Source: a virus
Taxonomy: Duplodnaviria; Caudoviricetes
DNA length: 55,271 nucleotides
Direction: 5' to 3' (one strand)
IMG/VR virus record: IMGVR_UViG_3300046804_000671
Coordinates: 1 to 55,271 of that record
Within the stretch, counting starts at the first letter, position 1. Every line of letters starts with the position of its first letter. The notes beneath the pieces are model-generated. The model did no database searches. It was given only the letters and a program-made list of their open reading frames with translations, and was not told where the DNA came from. Positions 39,388 to 48,982 of the stretch are shown piece after piece. A program made the translations under genes and the position numbers.

Positions 39388-39871
39388 GTCATACACTCTC
39401 ACGAAAAAGGACGGACTGTCAACAGTCTCGTTTGAAATTCTTGGAGAGCCTGCATCGAAGGCAAACAGCAGGCGTCTCGTATACTTCGGTAAGCGACCAG
39501 CCTTCATCAAGTCCAACAAGGCAAGATCATACACTGAATCGTTCAGGAGTCAATGTCCAAATCTGGACATTCCAATATCCGGGGATGTAATAGTTACAAT
39601 AAATATCTGGTACGCATCACGCCGCCCGGACTTGGATGAATCAATTATCCTAGATGCAATGCAAGGTCTTATCTATGTCAACGACAGACAAGTCAAAGTC
39701 AAGCACATCTACTGGCATCTCGACAAGGACAACCCGAGATCGCAGATTTGCGTACAGGAAATTTGTTCAGTCACTCCTGATAGGAAGCGTCGAGGACATG
39801 AAGAAGAACAAGAAGATGGAAATAGAAGCGGTAAAGTGGTTGGCAGGAGAAAGCGCGGGAGAGATACTTGA
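39386..39871 (+). CDS. rusA: RusA-like Holliday junction resolvase
   Basis: GEPASKAN, RPDLD..ILDAMQG..YVNDRQV, DKDNPR. Confidence 0.85.
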   Translation: MSYTLTKKDGLSTVSFEILGEPASKANSRRLVYFGKRPAFIKSNKARSYTESFRSQCPNLDIPISGDVIVTINIWYASRRPDLDESIILDAMQGLIYVNDRQVKVKHIYWHLDKDNPRSQICVQEICSVTPDRKRRGHEEEQEDGNRSGKVVGRRKRGRDT

Positions 39872-40010
39872 TGACGTAGAGATTAACAGGAAGGAAGTAT
39901 TGACGATCCTGAAATCAATCGTCACCAAGGATGGATTAGAGAAAAGATTCTATATTAGCAAACTAGAAAAGCTTATCAATGAAACACTTGAGGATCGCGA
40001 AGATGTCTGA
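39798..40010 (+). CDS. Hypothetical protein
   Basis: GAGG RBS; overlaps the rusA 3' end. Confidence 0.45.
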   Translation: MKKNKKMEIEAVKWLAGESAGEILDDVEINRKEVLTILKSIVTKDGLEKRFYISKLEKLINETLEDREDV

Positions 40011-40224
40011 CAAGAACTCATACCCGCCTAGAGTTCCCACTAGAGATATGATCAAGCACGGCATGAAGCACTGGGATAAGGTTAAGGGTCTATCTACAGA
40101 AGTTAATATGCTACAGGCATGGATCGCCATGCATGACTACTGGATGAGGGTCGAGCAGTTCAGAGTCAAGGAACAAGAACTTGCGGAACTGGACGGTCGT
40201 AGACCCCCATATGTAGTACGTTGA
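40003..40224 (+). CDS. Hypothetical protein
   Basis: PRVPTRDMI...WIAM pattern. Confidence 0.55.
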   Translation: MSDKNSYPPRVPTRDMIKHGMKHWDKVKGLSTEVNMLQAWIAMHDYWMRVEQFRVKEQELAELDGRRPPYVVR

Positions 40225-40249
40225 TTCCTAGCGTCAAATCAGTTACAAT
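40221..40249 (+). promoter_or_regulatory. Candidate sigma70 promoter
   Basis: TTGATT-N17-TACAAT ahead of a 390-nt non-coding stretch. Confidence 0.5.
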
Positions 40250-40637
40250 GTACTCTTGTTGTTGAGGGTGGTTGGCTTGCTTCCCTCATTAGATTGATTG
40301 CAGGCCCCCGGTCTTGGGTGTTCTCCCGTGCCAAGAACATCAAACAACAGCGGCTCTGGTGTGCCATTCCATCCGCGACCTATACGATGCCGGGATATCC
40401 CGGTCATGGTGACGAACAGATATTCATTCCATCAGGTGTGACTGCCTGACTATTGAGTGTTTGCCTACAGCCTAAAAAATGTAGGGGTGGTTGCCAGTTT
40501 GGTAGACTGGCAAGGACGTAAGTCCGAAGGATAACAAGTACCCGGAGCATTGCTCTCCCCCTAGTCAGGGGCTTCTGGTTGGTCCCAATGACCATATCGG
40601 AAGGTGGGAAAGGCGATAGCTATGTCTGGAGAGTTGC

Positions 40638-41279
40638 ATGGCAAGAATTCTAGTAGCCTGTGAGATAAGCGGGAAAGTCAGGGATGCGTTCAGGGTTGCA
40701 GGCCACGATGCTTGGTCATGCGATATTGCTGCCATTCAAGATAATGAAGCAGCTAAACAAAAGTTCCCTGAGTTTCATCACGTTTGTGATGCTTCTTCTA
40801 TCCTAGACGATGGATGGGATGCGCTGATTGCTTTCCCTCCATGTACTTATTTGTCTGTGTCTGGGATGCACTGGACGGCAAGAGGACTGAGGGATTCGAA
40901 GCTTACGGATCAGGCGCTCGATCTTGTTAAGACGTTTATGTTTGCTGATATAAAGTATATAGCAATCGAGAATCCAGTTGGTGTGATTGGCACAAGGATC
41001 AGGAAGCCAGACCAAACTATCCAACCGTATATGTTTGGCCACGATGCATCTAAAAGAACTTGCCTATGGCTTAAGAATTTACCAAAGCTTAAAGCAACTT
41101 CTTTTGTCCAGCCTAGGATAGTGAAGAAAGGTTCAACTGATCTAAAGAGATGGAGCAATCAGACTGACTCAGGCCAAAACAAACTAGGACCCAGCGAAAG
41201 CAGGGCGGCAAAAAGGGCTGAGACATACGATGGAATTGCTGCCGCAATGGCGGATCAATGGGGTTGTGTGATAAGATAA
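40638..41279 (+). CDS. Phage-type C5 DNA cytosine methyltransferase
   Basis: ILVACE..G.VRDAF, WSCD, catalytic FPPC, IENP, KRTCLW. Confidence 0.8.
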   Translation: MARILVACEISGKVRDAFRVAGHDAWSCDIAAIQDNEAAKQKFPEFHHVCDASSILDDGWDALIAFPPCTYLSVSGMHWTARGLRDSKLTDQALDLVKTFMFADIKYIAIENPVGVIGTRIRKPDQTIQPYMFGHDASKRTCLWLKNLPKLKATSFVQPRIVKKGSTDLKRWSNQTDSGQNKLGPSESRAAKRAETYDGIAAAMADQWGCVIR

Positions 41280-41310
41280 ATCATACTTCCCAACTGTTGG
41301 GAGACGCAGA

Positions 41311-41475
41311 ATGAAGCAAAGTGCTGAGGCTATCCAGAAGCGGATTGACTTTCTCAGGAACTCTGGTAGACCAGTACCTCTTATCCTTGAGACTAGGCTA
41401 TTCAGGATTAATTCTGGGAAGAAGCTGAAGCTTCCTTCCTTCTCAAGGAAAGGTTTCGTAAAGGATAAAAGATGA
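41311..41475 (+). CDS. Small basic hypothetical protein
   Basis: 54 aa, GGAG RBS, ATGA-coupled to the next ORF. Confidence 0.45.
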   Translation: MKQSAEAIQKRIDFLRNSGRPVPLILETRLFRINSGKKLKLPSFSRKGFVKDKR

Positions 41476-41654
41476 ACCGTAGAAGCTTGTTCAGGATGAT
41501 CCCTGTTGCTCCGGTCGTTGGCGCATCAGCTATTATGTCAAGCGTCAAGCCGAAGCTTGATGTTAAGCTGCCTCAGGTTGGAGAGATGAACTGGGGTCAG
41601 ACTATCAACAAGGCCATCAGGGATATTCAGGAAGAGATCAACAAGAGGGGATGA
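41472..41654 (+). CDS. Hypothetical protein with twin-arginine-like N-terminus
   Basis: MNRRSLF + hydrophobic stretch. Confidence 0.5.
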   Translation: MNRRSLFRMIPVAPVVGASAIMSSVKPKLDVKLPQVGEMNWGQTINKAIRDIQEEINKRG

Positions 41655-43366
41655 TGAATTCTATTTCATCCCTGTTCAGGAGATACGGAAACAAGATACA
41701 GTTCAAGACTGTATGCCCGTTCTGTTCCGAACTAAGGAAGCCATCGAATAGGAAAGCTGCCTGCATGTCAGTGAGACAGGAGGCAGATCACTGGGTTTAC
41801 AATTGCTGGCACTGCTCAGCAAAGGGAAGAGAGGAAAAAATGGAAGCTGCTGCTGTCGTTGCACCGGTCAAGACTTCAAGCCTTGAGGACAAGCATTATG
41901 ATTTCTTTAAGTCTCGCGGCATCACACGCGATACTGTTGATAACTATTCTGTTACTGCATCCACTCAATGGATTCGGAGCGTTAACGGCAATACTGATTG
42001 CGTTGGCTTTGCATATCGCAACAATGGGGTACCTTATGCATATAAGTGGAGAGCTGTCGAAGCTAAGGGCTTCACCTGCTCTGCTGCTCCTCAGCACTTC
42101 TATCTTCATGATCGAGTGTCTGTTGGCAGTGATGTTGTGATCTGCGAGGGAGAGATCGACGCCCTGTCTCTCCGTCAAGCTGGTATCGAGAACGCCATCT
42201 CTGTTCCCAATGGCGCACCTATGAAGGTGTCAGAGGGTAAGGTTTCCCCTGAGGAAGACCGCAAGTTTGCCTACGTCTGGAACAGCCGGAACGTACTGAA
42301 CGCAGCGAAGAAGGTATACCTTGCCATCGACAACGACGATCCGGGTATGGCGCTTGGCGAGGAACTGAGCCGTCGCATCGGGCGCGCCAAGTGCTGGCTG
42401 GTGAAGTGGCCGGAAGGCTGCAAGGATGCCAACGATGTGCTGGTGAAGCACGGTCCTGAAGCCATTAAGGCTGCGCTGGAAGCGTCTGAACCGTGGCCGG
42501 TGGCTGGCCTGTTCGAAGCCAAGCACTACACCGAGAAGGTGGGAACCCTTTGGGAGAAGGGCAACGCCAAGGGTATGTCGGCTGGTTACGATGAGGTCGA
42601 TGAGATTTATTCTGTCGTGCCGGGACAGATGACAATCGTTACTGGCATCCCGTCTTCGGGTAAGTCAGAGTTCATCGATCAGGTTATGGTTAACCTTGCC
42701 CTGAAGAACGATCTCAAGTTTGCTATCTGTTCGTTTGAGAATCCGCCTGAAGCGCACATCGTCAAGCTGATTGAGAAGAAGGTTGGCAAGCCATTCTTCG
42801 CTGGACCCAAGCCTCGCATGACTGAACTGGAAAGAGACGGCGCATTGCAGTGGGTGAACAACCACTTCTCATTCATTGATACCAGTGATGGTGAACCGTC
42901 AACAATCGACTCGATCCTTGACAGAGCAAGTTCTGCTGTCATGCGTATGGGTATTCGTGGTCTGATCATCGACCCGTATAACTTCATCGAGCGTGACTTC
43001 AAGAACAGCGAGACTGATTACATCAGCGCCATGCTTACCAAGGTTCGTAACTGGGCGCGTGGTAACGAGGCGCATGTCTGGTTTGTTGCACACCCTGCCA
43101 AGATGATGCGTACTGATGGTAAGGTTCCCGTTCCGGGTGGCTACGACATCAGCGGATCGGCTGCTTGGTTCGCCAAGGCTGACTTCGGAATGACCGTTGA
43201 CCGACAGAAGGGGCCGCCTGAAGTCCACATCTGGAAGTGCCGGTTCAAGTGGGCGGGGAAGATGGGTAATGCCGTACTTAATTATGATCCTGCATCAGGC
43301 CGCTACATGTCTCCTAAGGATGTTCCGATTGAGGACTTCGGAAGCATCGATGAAGACGGCTTCTAA
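41651..43366 (+). CDS. Primase-helicase (T7 gp4/Twinkle-like)
   Basis: CPFC/CWHC Zn ribbon, TOPRIM EGEIDA/DND/KDAND, Walker A GIPSSGKS, IIDPYN, VAHP. Confidence 0.93.
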   Translation: MMNSISSLFRRYGNKIQFKTVCPFCSELRKPSNRKAACMSVRQEADHWVYNCWHCSAKGREEKMEAAAVVAPVKTSSLEDKHYDFFKSRGITRDTVDNYSVTASTQWIRSVNGNTDCVGFAYRNNGVPYAYKWRAVEAKGFTCSAAPQHFYLHDRVSVGSDVVICEGEIDALSLRQAGIENAISVPNGAPMKVSEGKVSPEEDRKFAYVWNSRNVLNAAKKVYLAIDNDDPGMALGEELSRRIGRAKCWLVKWPEGCKDANDVLVKHGPEAIKAALEASEPWPVAGLFEAKHYTEKVGTLWEKGNAKGMSAGYDEVDEIYSVVPGQMTIVTGIPSSGKSEFIDQVMVNLALKNDLKFAICSFENPPEAHIVKLIEKKVGKPFFAGPKPRMTELERDGALQWVNNHFSFIDTSDGEPSTIDSILDRASSAVMRMGIRGLIIDPYNFIERDFKNSETDYISAMLTKVRNWARGNEAHVWFVAHPAKMMRTDGKVPVPGGYDISGSAAWFAKADFGMTVDRQKGPPEVHIWKCRFKWAGKMGNAVLNYDPASGRYMSPKDVPIEDFGSIDEDGF

Positions 43367-43482
43367 GCTAACGCCTATGGTGTCTAGGGTCCTGTATGTA
43401 CACAGGAACCTAGGCCCCGGCTTCACCCATTTCGATAGCATGGATTGTCCATGCAGTCCAGTTCCTATTGATAGAGATTACA

Positions 43483-43938
43483 ATGAAGAAGAATACAATC
43501 GATACCGGAACACCGGAGGGAATGAAGCACAAGAAGATGGTGGCGGTCCCCGCTCCGGGGCGGCCGGGGAAGATTCATCTGAGGGTGGTGGATCAGATTG
43601 AACTGGACCGCATGCTTGACAGGGGACAGATCACGCAGGACGAGTGGTCCTCTGGCGAGCAAGTCTACCGACTGCTCTACAAGGCAGGCATGCTCGGCGC
43701 TTCCAAGTCAACGCTCAATGTGTCGGGGAATAGTGGTGATCCTCAGCATATATCAGAGAAGAAGTCAGACTCTATTCTCATGCTGAGCCAGTTGATTGAT
43801 CACCTTGATATGTCTTGTGGGCGTGCTGCCCGCCGTGTCTTCATCGACATGCTGATGCTTGACCGGCCCGTCAAGACTGACGAACAGGTCAAGCAAGTGA
43901 AGCGTGCGTTGTCTGAGGTTGATAACGCATTCGGTTAA
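43483..43938 (+). CDS. Putative late transcription regulator (DUF6456-like)
   Basis: LDRMLDRGQITQDE motif; last gene of the replication operon. Role is inferred. Confidence 0.45.
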   Translation: MKKNTIDTGTPEGMKHKKMVAVPAPGRPGKIHLRVVDQIELDRMLDRGQITQDEWSSGEQVYRLLYKAGMLGASKSTLNVSGNSGDPQHISEKKSDSILMLSQLIDHLDMSCGRAARRVFIDMLMLDRPVKTDEQVKQVKRALSEVDNAFG

Positions 43939-44177
43939 AGCTTATCCATCACCAGCCTAGTGATCAGCCTGCGTGCCTGATCCCTATATCCAGCACCAAG
44001 TTCCTCATCATTTGCCATGTCAGTGATGAGGTTCCTTGCTTCAAGGAAAAACTCGTAATCTTTGTACGATATAACCTTTTGTGTAAGTTGTGCCTGATTC
44101 GCTGAGGTTAATGTGAATGTTCCTGAATTAGGAACGCTTATAGTATTTTGATACGGCTTGACGGCAGTCATCTTCAT
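43935..44177 (-). CDS. Hypothetical protein
   Basis: AAGGA RBS; convergent overlap with the previous gene. Confidence 0.5.
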   Translation of the reverse strand: MKMTAVKPYQNTISVPNSGTFTLTSANQAQLTQKVISYKDYEFFLEARNLITDMANDEELGAGYRDQARRLITRLVMDKL

Positions 44178-44710
44178 GCTTCCTTTCTTTGGTTGTTGTG
44201 GTCCCATTCCCATGACCATACTCCCTTCTTCGCGGCATCAACCAATCGCCTAATCTTTTCGTTCTCCATGTACTTGGCGAACGCTTCGCTTTCAGCTTCG
44301 TATCTGCTGAATGACTTCAGCATGTACATACATGACGTATGATCCTTGTTTAGCAAGGAAGCAATATCGGGAAACGACCTCTTGTTAAGAGTTCGCTCAA
44401 GATATGTGAAGATGGAACGCGCAACAGCCATGCTGTGGTACCTCTTGTGGGGCACGCGGAGATCATCAAGATTAAATCCGCTAGCCTCATTGATTGACTT
44501 TAGTATGTGCAAAGTAAGCTTGTAGTCTGCCCTGTCTTTCCATCTAGACATGAAGCTATCAGGATGGTGAGCAGTTCCCACAAACTTCTTGAGATTGATC
44601 ATCTTAGACATATCAATCTCATTGATTGACATCTTCTTATAAGAAGATCCAATATAATCTTGCTGGGTCTTTGAAAGCTTTCTAACAAGCACAGGATCAA
44701 GTGGCTCCAT
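44174..44710 (-). CDS. Protein with DnaA C-terminal (domain IV) HTH
   Basis: ARSIFTYL...SFPDIASLLNKDHTSCMY matches the DnaA-IV RQIAMYL...SLPEIG..RDHTTV pattern. Confidence 0.75.
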   Translation of the reverse strand: MEPLDPVLVRKLSKTQQDYIGSSYKKMSINEIDMSKMINLKKFVGTAHHPDSFMSRWKDRADYKLTLHILKSINEASGFNLDDLRVPHKRYHSMAVARSIFTYLERTLNKRSFPDIASLLNKDHTSCMYMLKSFSRYEAESEAFAKYMENEKIRRLVDAAKKGVWSWEWDHNNQRKEA

Positions 44711-45155
44711 CGTGCTTCTCCTTCCACTTCTTTGCTCTATTGAGCGCATGTTTTGTTACGGGCCAAGACGGCCTATCTAAGTAGGCCAGTGCAATGTGCC
44801 TCAAATAATGAAGCTCTGCAAACTTATCGTTTCCTCTTTTCCTCCAGTAATCATACCTCATGTATGACCTTTTTATTTTTACCTCAATCCCAAAAGGAAA
44901 GTCCCTCCAATATGGAACGTGATCAGAAAGCCCCATCCCGTTTTCCATACTATCCAAATACAAAACATCTATATTGTATTTTTTCATTATGATGTCTGTT
45001 TCTTCCTTGGCCGCTGCCATATACTTATTAAGTCTCTTCCTTATTCCATCATGATATTCAGAAGATCGGTATAAATATACTCTGTATATATTGTACCAAT
45101 TAAAAGATTTTTTTACAGAATCAAGAGAGTCTATCTCTTTGTAAGCGTCTTTCAT
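44697..45155 (-). CDS. Hypothetical protein (AT-rich)
   Basis: GGAG RBS; 152 aa. Confidence 0.6.
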   Translation of the reverse strand: MKDAYKEIDSLDSVKKSFNWYNIYRVYLYRSSEYHDGIRKRLNKYMAAAKEETDIIMKKYNIDVLYLDSMENGMGLSDHVPYWRDFPFGIEVKIKRSYMRYDYWRKRGNDKFAELHYLRHIALAYLDRPSWPVTKHALNRAKKWKEKHDGAT

Positions 45156-45176
45156 AATTGATCTCCTGTATAACAG

Positions 45177-45644
45177 TTATACATTCCACCAGTCAGGTTG
45201 TCCGTTCTTCCAAGTAGCAAATCCAGTCTTTTCCCCAAGGTAGTAGTTCCTATACGCAACAACTGCATCTTTGTTCTTGTATTCATCAGGCATAGCCTGA
45301 GCAAACGGGGTTAGTCCAACATCAGGCATACGCTTTACAGCATGCCATGCTGCATTGATACCAATATCCACGCTCTTGTGTACCTTGCCATACCGTGCAG
45401 TATACTCCCTTCCAAGGGCAACAAGCAACGCAGCAAGCCATCGTGTGTTGGCGGCAGACTGCCTGACCCATACAGAACATGGGTGGTTGATGTGCGTTGT
45501 CTTGTAACCAACACGATCATTAAGCACGCCGTTTGCTGTAGTAGATAATAGCTGAGCGTACTCAAGACACATCTTAACAACATGCTTGTCGCAGTGGTAC
45601 GCGGCAGCCTTGTTGATGTCTTTGTCTAGAACAAAGATGTTCAT
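45177..45644 (-). CDS. Pyrimidine-dimer DNA glycosylase/endonuclease V-like protein
   Basis: MNIFVLD...HCDKHVVKM..EYAQLL, HINHPCSVW, FAQAMPDEY, AYRNYY. Confidence 0.75.
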   Translation of the reverse strand: MNIFVLDKDINKAAAYHCDKHVVKMCLEYAQLLSTTANGVLNDRVGYKTTHINHPCSVWVRQSAANTRWLAALLVALGREYTARYGKVHKSVDIGINAAWHAVKRMPDVGLTPFAQAMPDEYKNKDAVVAYRNYYLGEKTGFATWKNGQPDWWNV

Positions 45645-45653
45645 ATATACCTC

Positions 45654-46109
45654 CTACAACTTCTTCTTGAAGAACACAGCAGCCTTCTCACTAGTCTCAA
45701 CAGTGGGCCACTCATCCTTTCCACAAACACTGTATCCACAGGCGATCAGGTTATTCATGGAATAGTGGTTGTTAACGTGTGCTGTAGTAACCGAGATAAG
45801 AACACCTCGATCCTTCATGTTGCGTTCGCGGAAGCGGATCATGTGTCGCTGGAACTCCATGCCCCTCCACTTGGGAAGAACGCCAGCCCTGCACAGTTCA
45901 CCAACCTGACCGTTGACGTTGCGCCATCCAGAATATCCTACATACTTACCATCGTATTCCAATAGATACCAGTTTGCACCTTCGAATTCGAACGGTTCGT
46001 ATTCAGGAAAGCAGATGGCATCCATCCACCTTAACCAGCGTCCACCATCGGAATCATGTTCATGTACTGATTCCATGTATTTGAGATCGCCGTCCTCATT
46101 AATGCTCAT
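45654..46109 (-). CDS. GNAT acetyltransferase
   Basis: RAGVLPKWRG acetyl-CoA loop; NHYSMNNLIACGY. Confidence 0.75.
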   Translation of the reverse strand: MSINEDGDLKYMESVHEHDSDGGRWLRWMDAICFPEYEPFEFEGANWYLLEYDGKYVGYSGWRNVNGQVGELCRAGVLPKWRGMEFQRHMIRFRERNMKDRGVLISVTTAHVNNHYSMNNLIACGYSVCGKDEWPTVETSEKAAVFFKKKL

Positions 46110-46743
46110 GATAGTTCACTCCTTTGATCTTGTTGTTCCAGCACTGGTCACAGCCAAGGCATTTGTTGCCTTGGTCTGGAGCCTTACATTGCTTAAGCCA
46201 CTTACTCTTTGCGTCTACAGTGGAGAACGGAAGACGGTGTGTCTTCTTGAATGTAGCACCAACCATTGGATTAGATTGGCGTACAGTAAGATTGAATGAG
46301 AAGTCTCCGTGCTTCTTCATCCATGCTGCAACGATGCCTGCCTCCTTGGTAGGAAGCCAGTGACGTACAGTCGGTGTTGCCTTTGCTATGTTGTTGATCT
46401 TGGTCAGGTGTTCTTCAGACTGAATGTCTCCGCTGTCAAACCACCTGAACCTGTTCTCTCCTTCCTTGCTCCTCGCCCATAGATCAGTAAGTACAACAAT
46501 GAAAGCATCCTCAAACCTTGGATCATCCATTGCCTTGAGCCTGCGATCAAGAGCCTTGCGTACAACAGGCATGTTGTAGAAACCCTTGAGTGCATAACAG
46601 TTATGGCAGACAGTTCCGTGAGTCTGAGCCAACACAGATCCCGTCTTGCATGCGGTGGCGGGAATTGAGTAGGACCACCAAGGCATCTTGGATGGCTTAC
46701 TCAATCCGCCAATAAGTTCCCATGCTTCCTTGAATTGCATCAC
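46099..46743 (-). CDS. Gp88-family (radical-SAM-like) protein
   Basis: GGLSKPSKMP, C..VCHNCYA, FRWFDSGD, HWLPT, C..CLGCDQCW. Confidence 0.75.
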   Translation of the reverse strand: MMQFKEAWELIGGLSKPSKMPWWSYSIPATACKTGSVLAQTHGTVCHNCYALKGFYNMPVVRKALDRRLKAMDDPRFEDAFIVVLTDLWARSKEGENRFRWFDSGDIQSEEHLTKINNIAKATPTVRHWLPTKEAGIVAAWMKKHGDFSFNLTVRQSNPMVGATFKKTHRLPFSTVDAKSKWLKQCKAPDQGNKCLGCDQCWNNKIKGVNYHEH

Positions 46744-47441
46744 GAACCTCCAATCCTAGACGCAATCTTGCGACCGATAGCACGCCGCATACCGTTAGCA
46801 CACAGCCTGTAGTCTGTATGGTAATAGGTGATGCCGCTGTTGCTATCCTTCATGATGTAGCAGTCCATACTCTTGTACTTCTTCGACCCATTGTTATAGG
46901 AGTAGGTGAAGTAACAAGCGGACCAGCACTTGTATGTGTCGTGATGGTGCGTCCTAGACCAAACAAGAACCTTGTTGGTACCGAGAGAGCCAATCTCCTT
47001 GATGTGATTGCTGTACATCATTGGCACAACAAACTTCTTCAGTCCTCCAGTTTCAGTATAGAAAACACCACACCCATCAGCCGTGGTGTTTACCTCTACA
47101 AGCCAAGGCGTGGAGTTGCTGATCTTGCTGTTGAGTTCTGAAAGCATAGACCTCTTGGCTTGGTTCTTCTTTGCGTCCATCTTTGATACAGACTTGCTTT
47201 CGTTAAAGATTTCACGAAGTTGAAGGACGGCATCCAAGGCGCCACACCTGTGTCCGATATACGAAGTGGTTGTTTTGCCAAGTTCATAGAACAACTTGTT
47301 CATGATGTTGGACTTGTCGGTGATGCCACGGTCACGGGCAAGCTTGAACATGCCAGACGCAGCGGCTGCAATCTTGCGTGCCTCAAGCTTGAACTTCTCT
47401 TTGAAGTACTTGTCGTCTGTCTTAACCCTATTATCGGACAT
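46740..47441 (-). CDS. Hypothetical protein
   Basis: GAGG RBS; coupled to its neighbours. Confidence 0.6.
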   Translation of the reverse strand: MSDNRVKTDDKYFKEKFKLEARKIAAAASGMFKLARDRGITDKSNIMNKLFYELGKTTTSYIGHRCGALDAVLQLREIFNESKSVSKMDAKKNQAKRSMLSELNSKISNSTPWLVEVNTTADGCGVFYTETGGLKKFVVPMMYSNHIKEIGSLGTNKVLVWSRTHHHDTYKCWSACYFTYSYNNGSKKYKSMDCYIMKDSNSGITYYHTDYRLCANGMRRAIGRKIASRIGGS

Positions 47442-48576
47442 TGATAACCTCACCAAACGGAGCGGTGTTGATGTCGGAAGTGGACACCCAGATCACGGGG
47501 TAATGAGGCGGCGCGTCAGGAAACGAACCGTACATATCCGTGAAGTATACGAGAGCCTGAGGAGATACACCGTTATCCTCAGTCCACTTGAATGCGGGGC
47601 GGAAGTCAGTGCCTCCACCGCCACGGGGACGGGCGACGATCTCATCGCCAGCTTCGAATGTATCGACACCGGAAACTTCCGAGTCGATATACAGGATGTG
47701 AACCTTCTCCGGAATAACCTCCTCTGCAATTGCTGCAAGCTCTGAGAAAAACGTGGTCAGTTCCTTCTTGCCGATGGACCCGGACGTATCGATACCGACA
47801 ACGATCTCACCGGCACCTTCACGCAGGATGGACGGGGCGTAGATACCCTCACCCTCAAGGCGACGATTGAACCGACGCCAAGTGTAGTCAACGGGATACA
47901 TACCAGTGACAACGGCACGCAGCTTCTCACGCCAATCAACCTGAGGCTTGAGCAGCTTGTCGATGAAACGCTCCATGTTGGCAGGCATCTTGCCCTGTTT
48001 CTTGGCGACAGCTACCGCATTGGAAATGGTAGACTTCATGTCAGCCTCCATGACTTTCATCTCGGACTCTGACAGTTCCTGTCCGTTCTTGTCGGTCGGC
48101 TTCATTACCTGACCCCACGGACCCTTGCCTTCCTCGCCGTCACCACTGCCACCACCCTGCGGAGGAGGAGGGGGAGGGTTCTTCATAAGATCATCGTAGA
48201 TATCTTCGAAGGTCCAGTTGGCGTACTTGGGATCGTTACACCCACCAGCAGGAAGGGTATAGCGTTCGCAGATAGTGGGATTGATAGCGTAATCCATAGC
48301 AATGTTGGCGGGCAGATGCTCACGCTTACCGAGGCGCAGCATATGGAGCAACGCAACATGCATGGCTTCATGCACAATGACACCAAGCAACTCGTCGTCA
48401 GTGAGTCCTTGGACAAACTGACTATTGTAATACAAGTTGTTGCCATCAGTTGCCATCGTATCGGTATGCGCTTCGACAACCTCCCAGCGCATACAGATTA
48501 CGCCGAAGAACGGATCGTCAAGGACAAGCTTGATGCGTGCCTTGGCAATACGATCATGAACACTGAGCGTAGACAT
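47431..48576 (-). CDS. Metallopeptidase-like + VWA domain protein (DUF2201 type)
   Basis: TMATDG, HEAMH, MIDAS DTSGS, GGGGTDF, YFTD. Confidence 0.88.
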   Translation of the reverse strand: MSTLSVHDRIAKARIKLVLDDPFFGVICMRWEVVEAHTDTMATDGNNLYYNSQFVQGLTDDELLGVIVHEAMHVALLHMLRLGKREHLPANIAMDYAINPTICERYTLPAGGCNDPKYANWTFEDIYDDLMKNPPPPPPQGGGSGDGEEGKGPWGQVMKPTDKNGQELSESEMKVMEADMKSTISNAVAVAKKQGKMPANMERFIDKLLKPQVDWREKLRAVVTGMYPVDYTWRRFNRRLEGEGIYAPSILREGAGEIVVGIDTSGSIGKKELTTFFSELAAIAEEVIPEKVHILYIDSEVSGVDTFEAGDEIVARPRGGGGTDFRPAFKWTEDNGVSPQALVYFTDMYGSFPDAPPHYPVIWVSTSDINTAPFGEVINVR

Positions 48577-48982
48577 TGATGCCTCCTAACCTATAGCAAT
48601 GAAAAAGAAAGCTATCAACACAAAGAAGATAGCACCGATGATTAGTCCATCCATATCATTCTCCCTTTTTAAGAAGGGACTTCACGAACCTCCTTACTCT
48701 CTTGCGGAACCCGCGCTTGATCTTCTTGCGAGTTCCAGACTTGAACCTGAAATACTTACGCCATCCAGAGAGGGCGTCATACTCGCCGCCCCCTCTCATA
48801 GGTATCTCACCTTTCATTGGCGACTCCTGTATAGTTGTCAGCTTGTACCGTTTCACTGCCCATGACACGAACATCTAGCAATAACAGAACAGTACCTTGT
48901 ATGGCCTGCGGTGTCTGCATGTATCCAAGCAGAGTTTCCTCACCATCGCCCGTTGCTGACGCGGCTGCGGGAGGAGGCATTG

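Noticed and set aside
40490-40535. Hammerhead ribozyme (GGAC-GTAA-GTCC-GAA)
   Set aside because: The required CUGANGA core is absent (CUGGCAA) and GAAA is GAAG.
41472-41654. Tat-exported effector
   Set aside because: The RRSLF motif is present but the hydrophobic region is weak and the mature part is under 40 aa, so support is insufficient.
31913-43366. Inteins, introns or homing endonucleases in nrdJ or the primase-helicase
   Set aside because: Both ORFs are of normal length with contiguous motifs and no splice-junction signatures.
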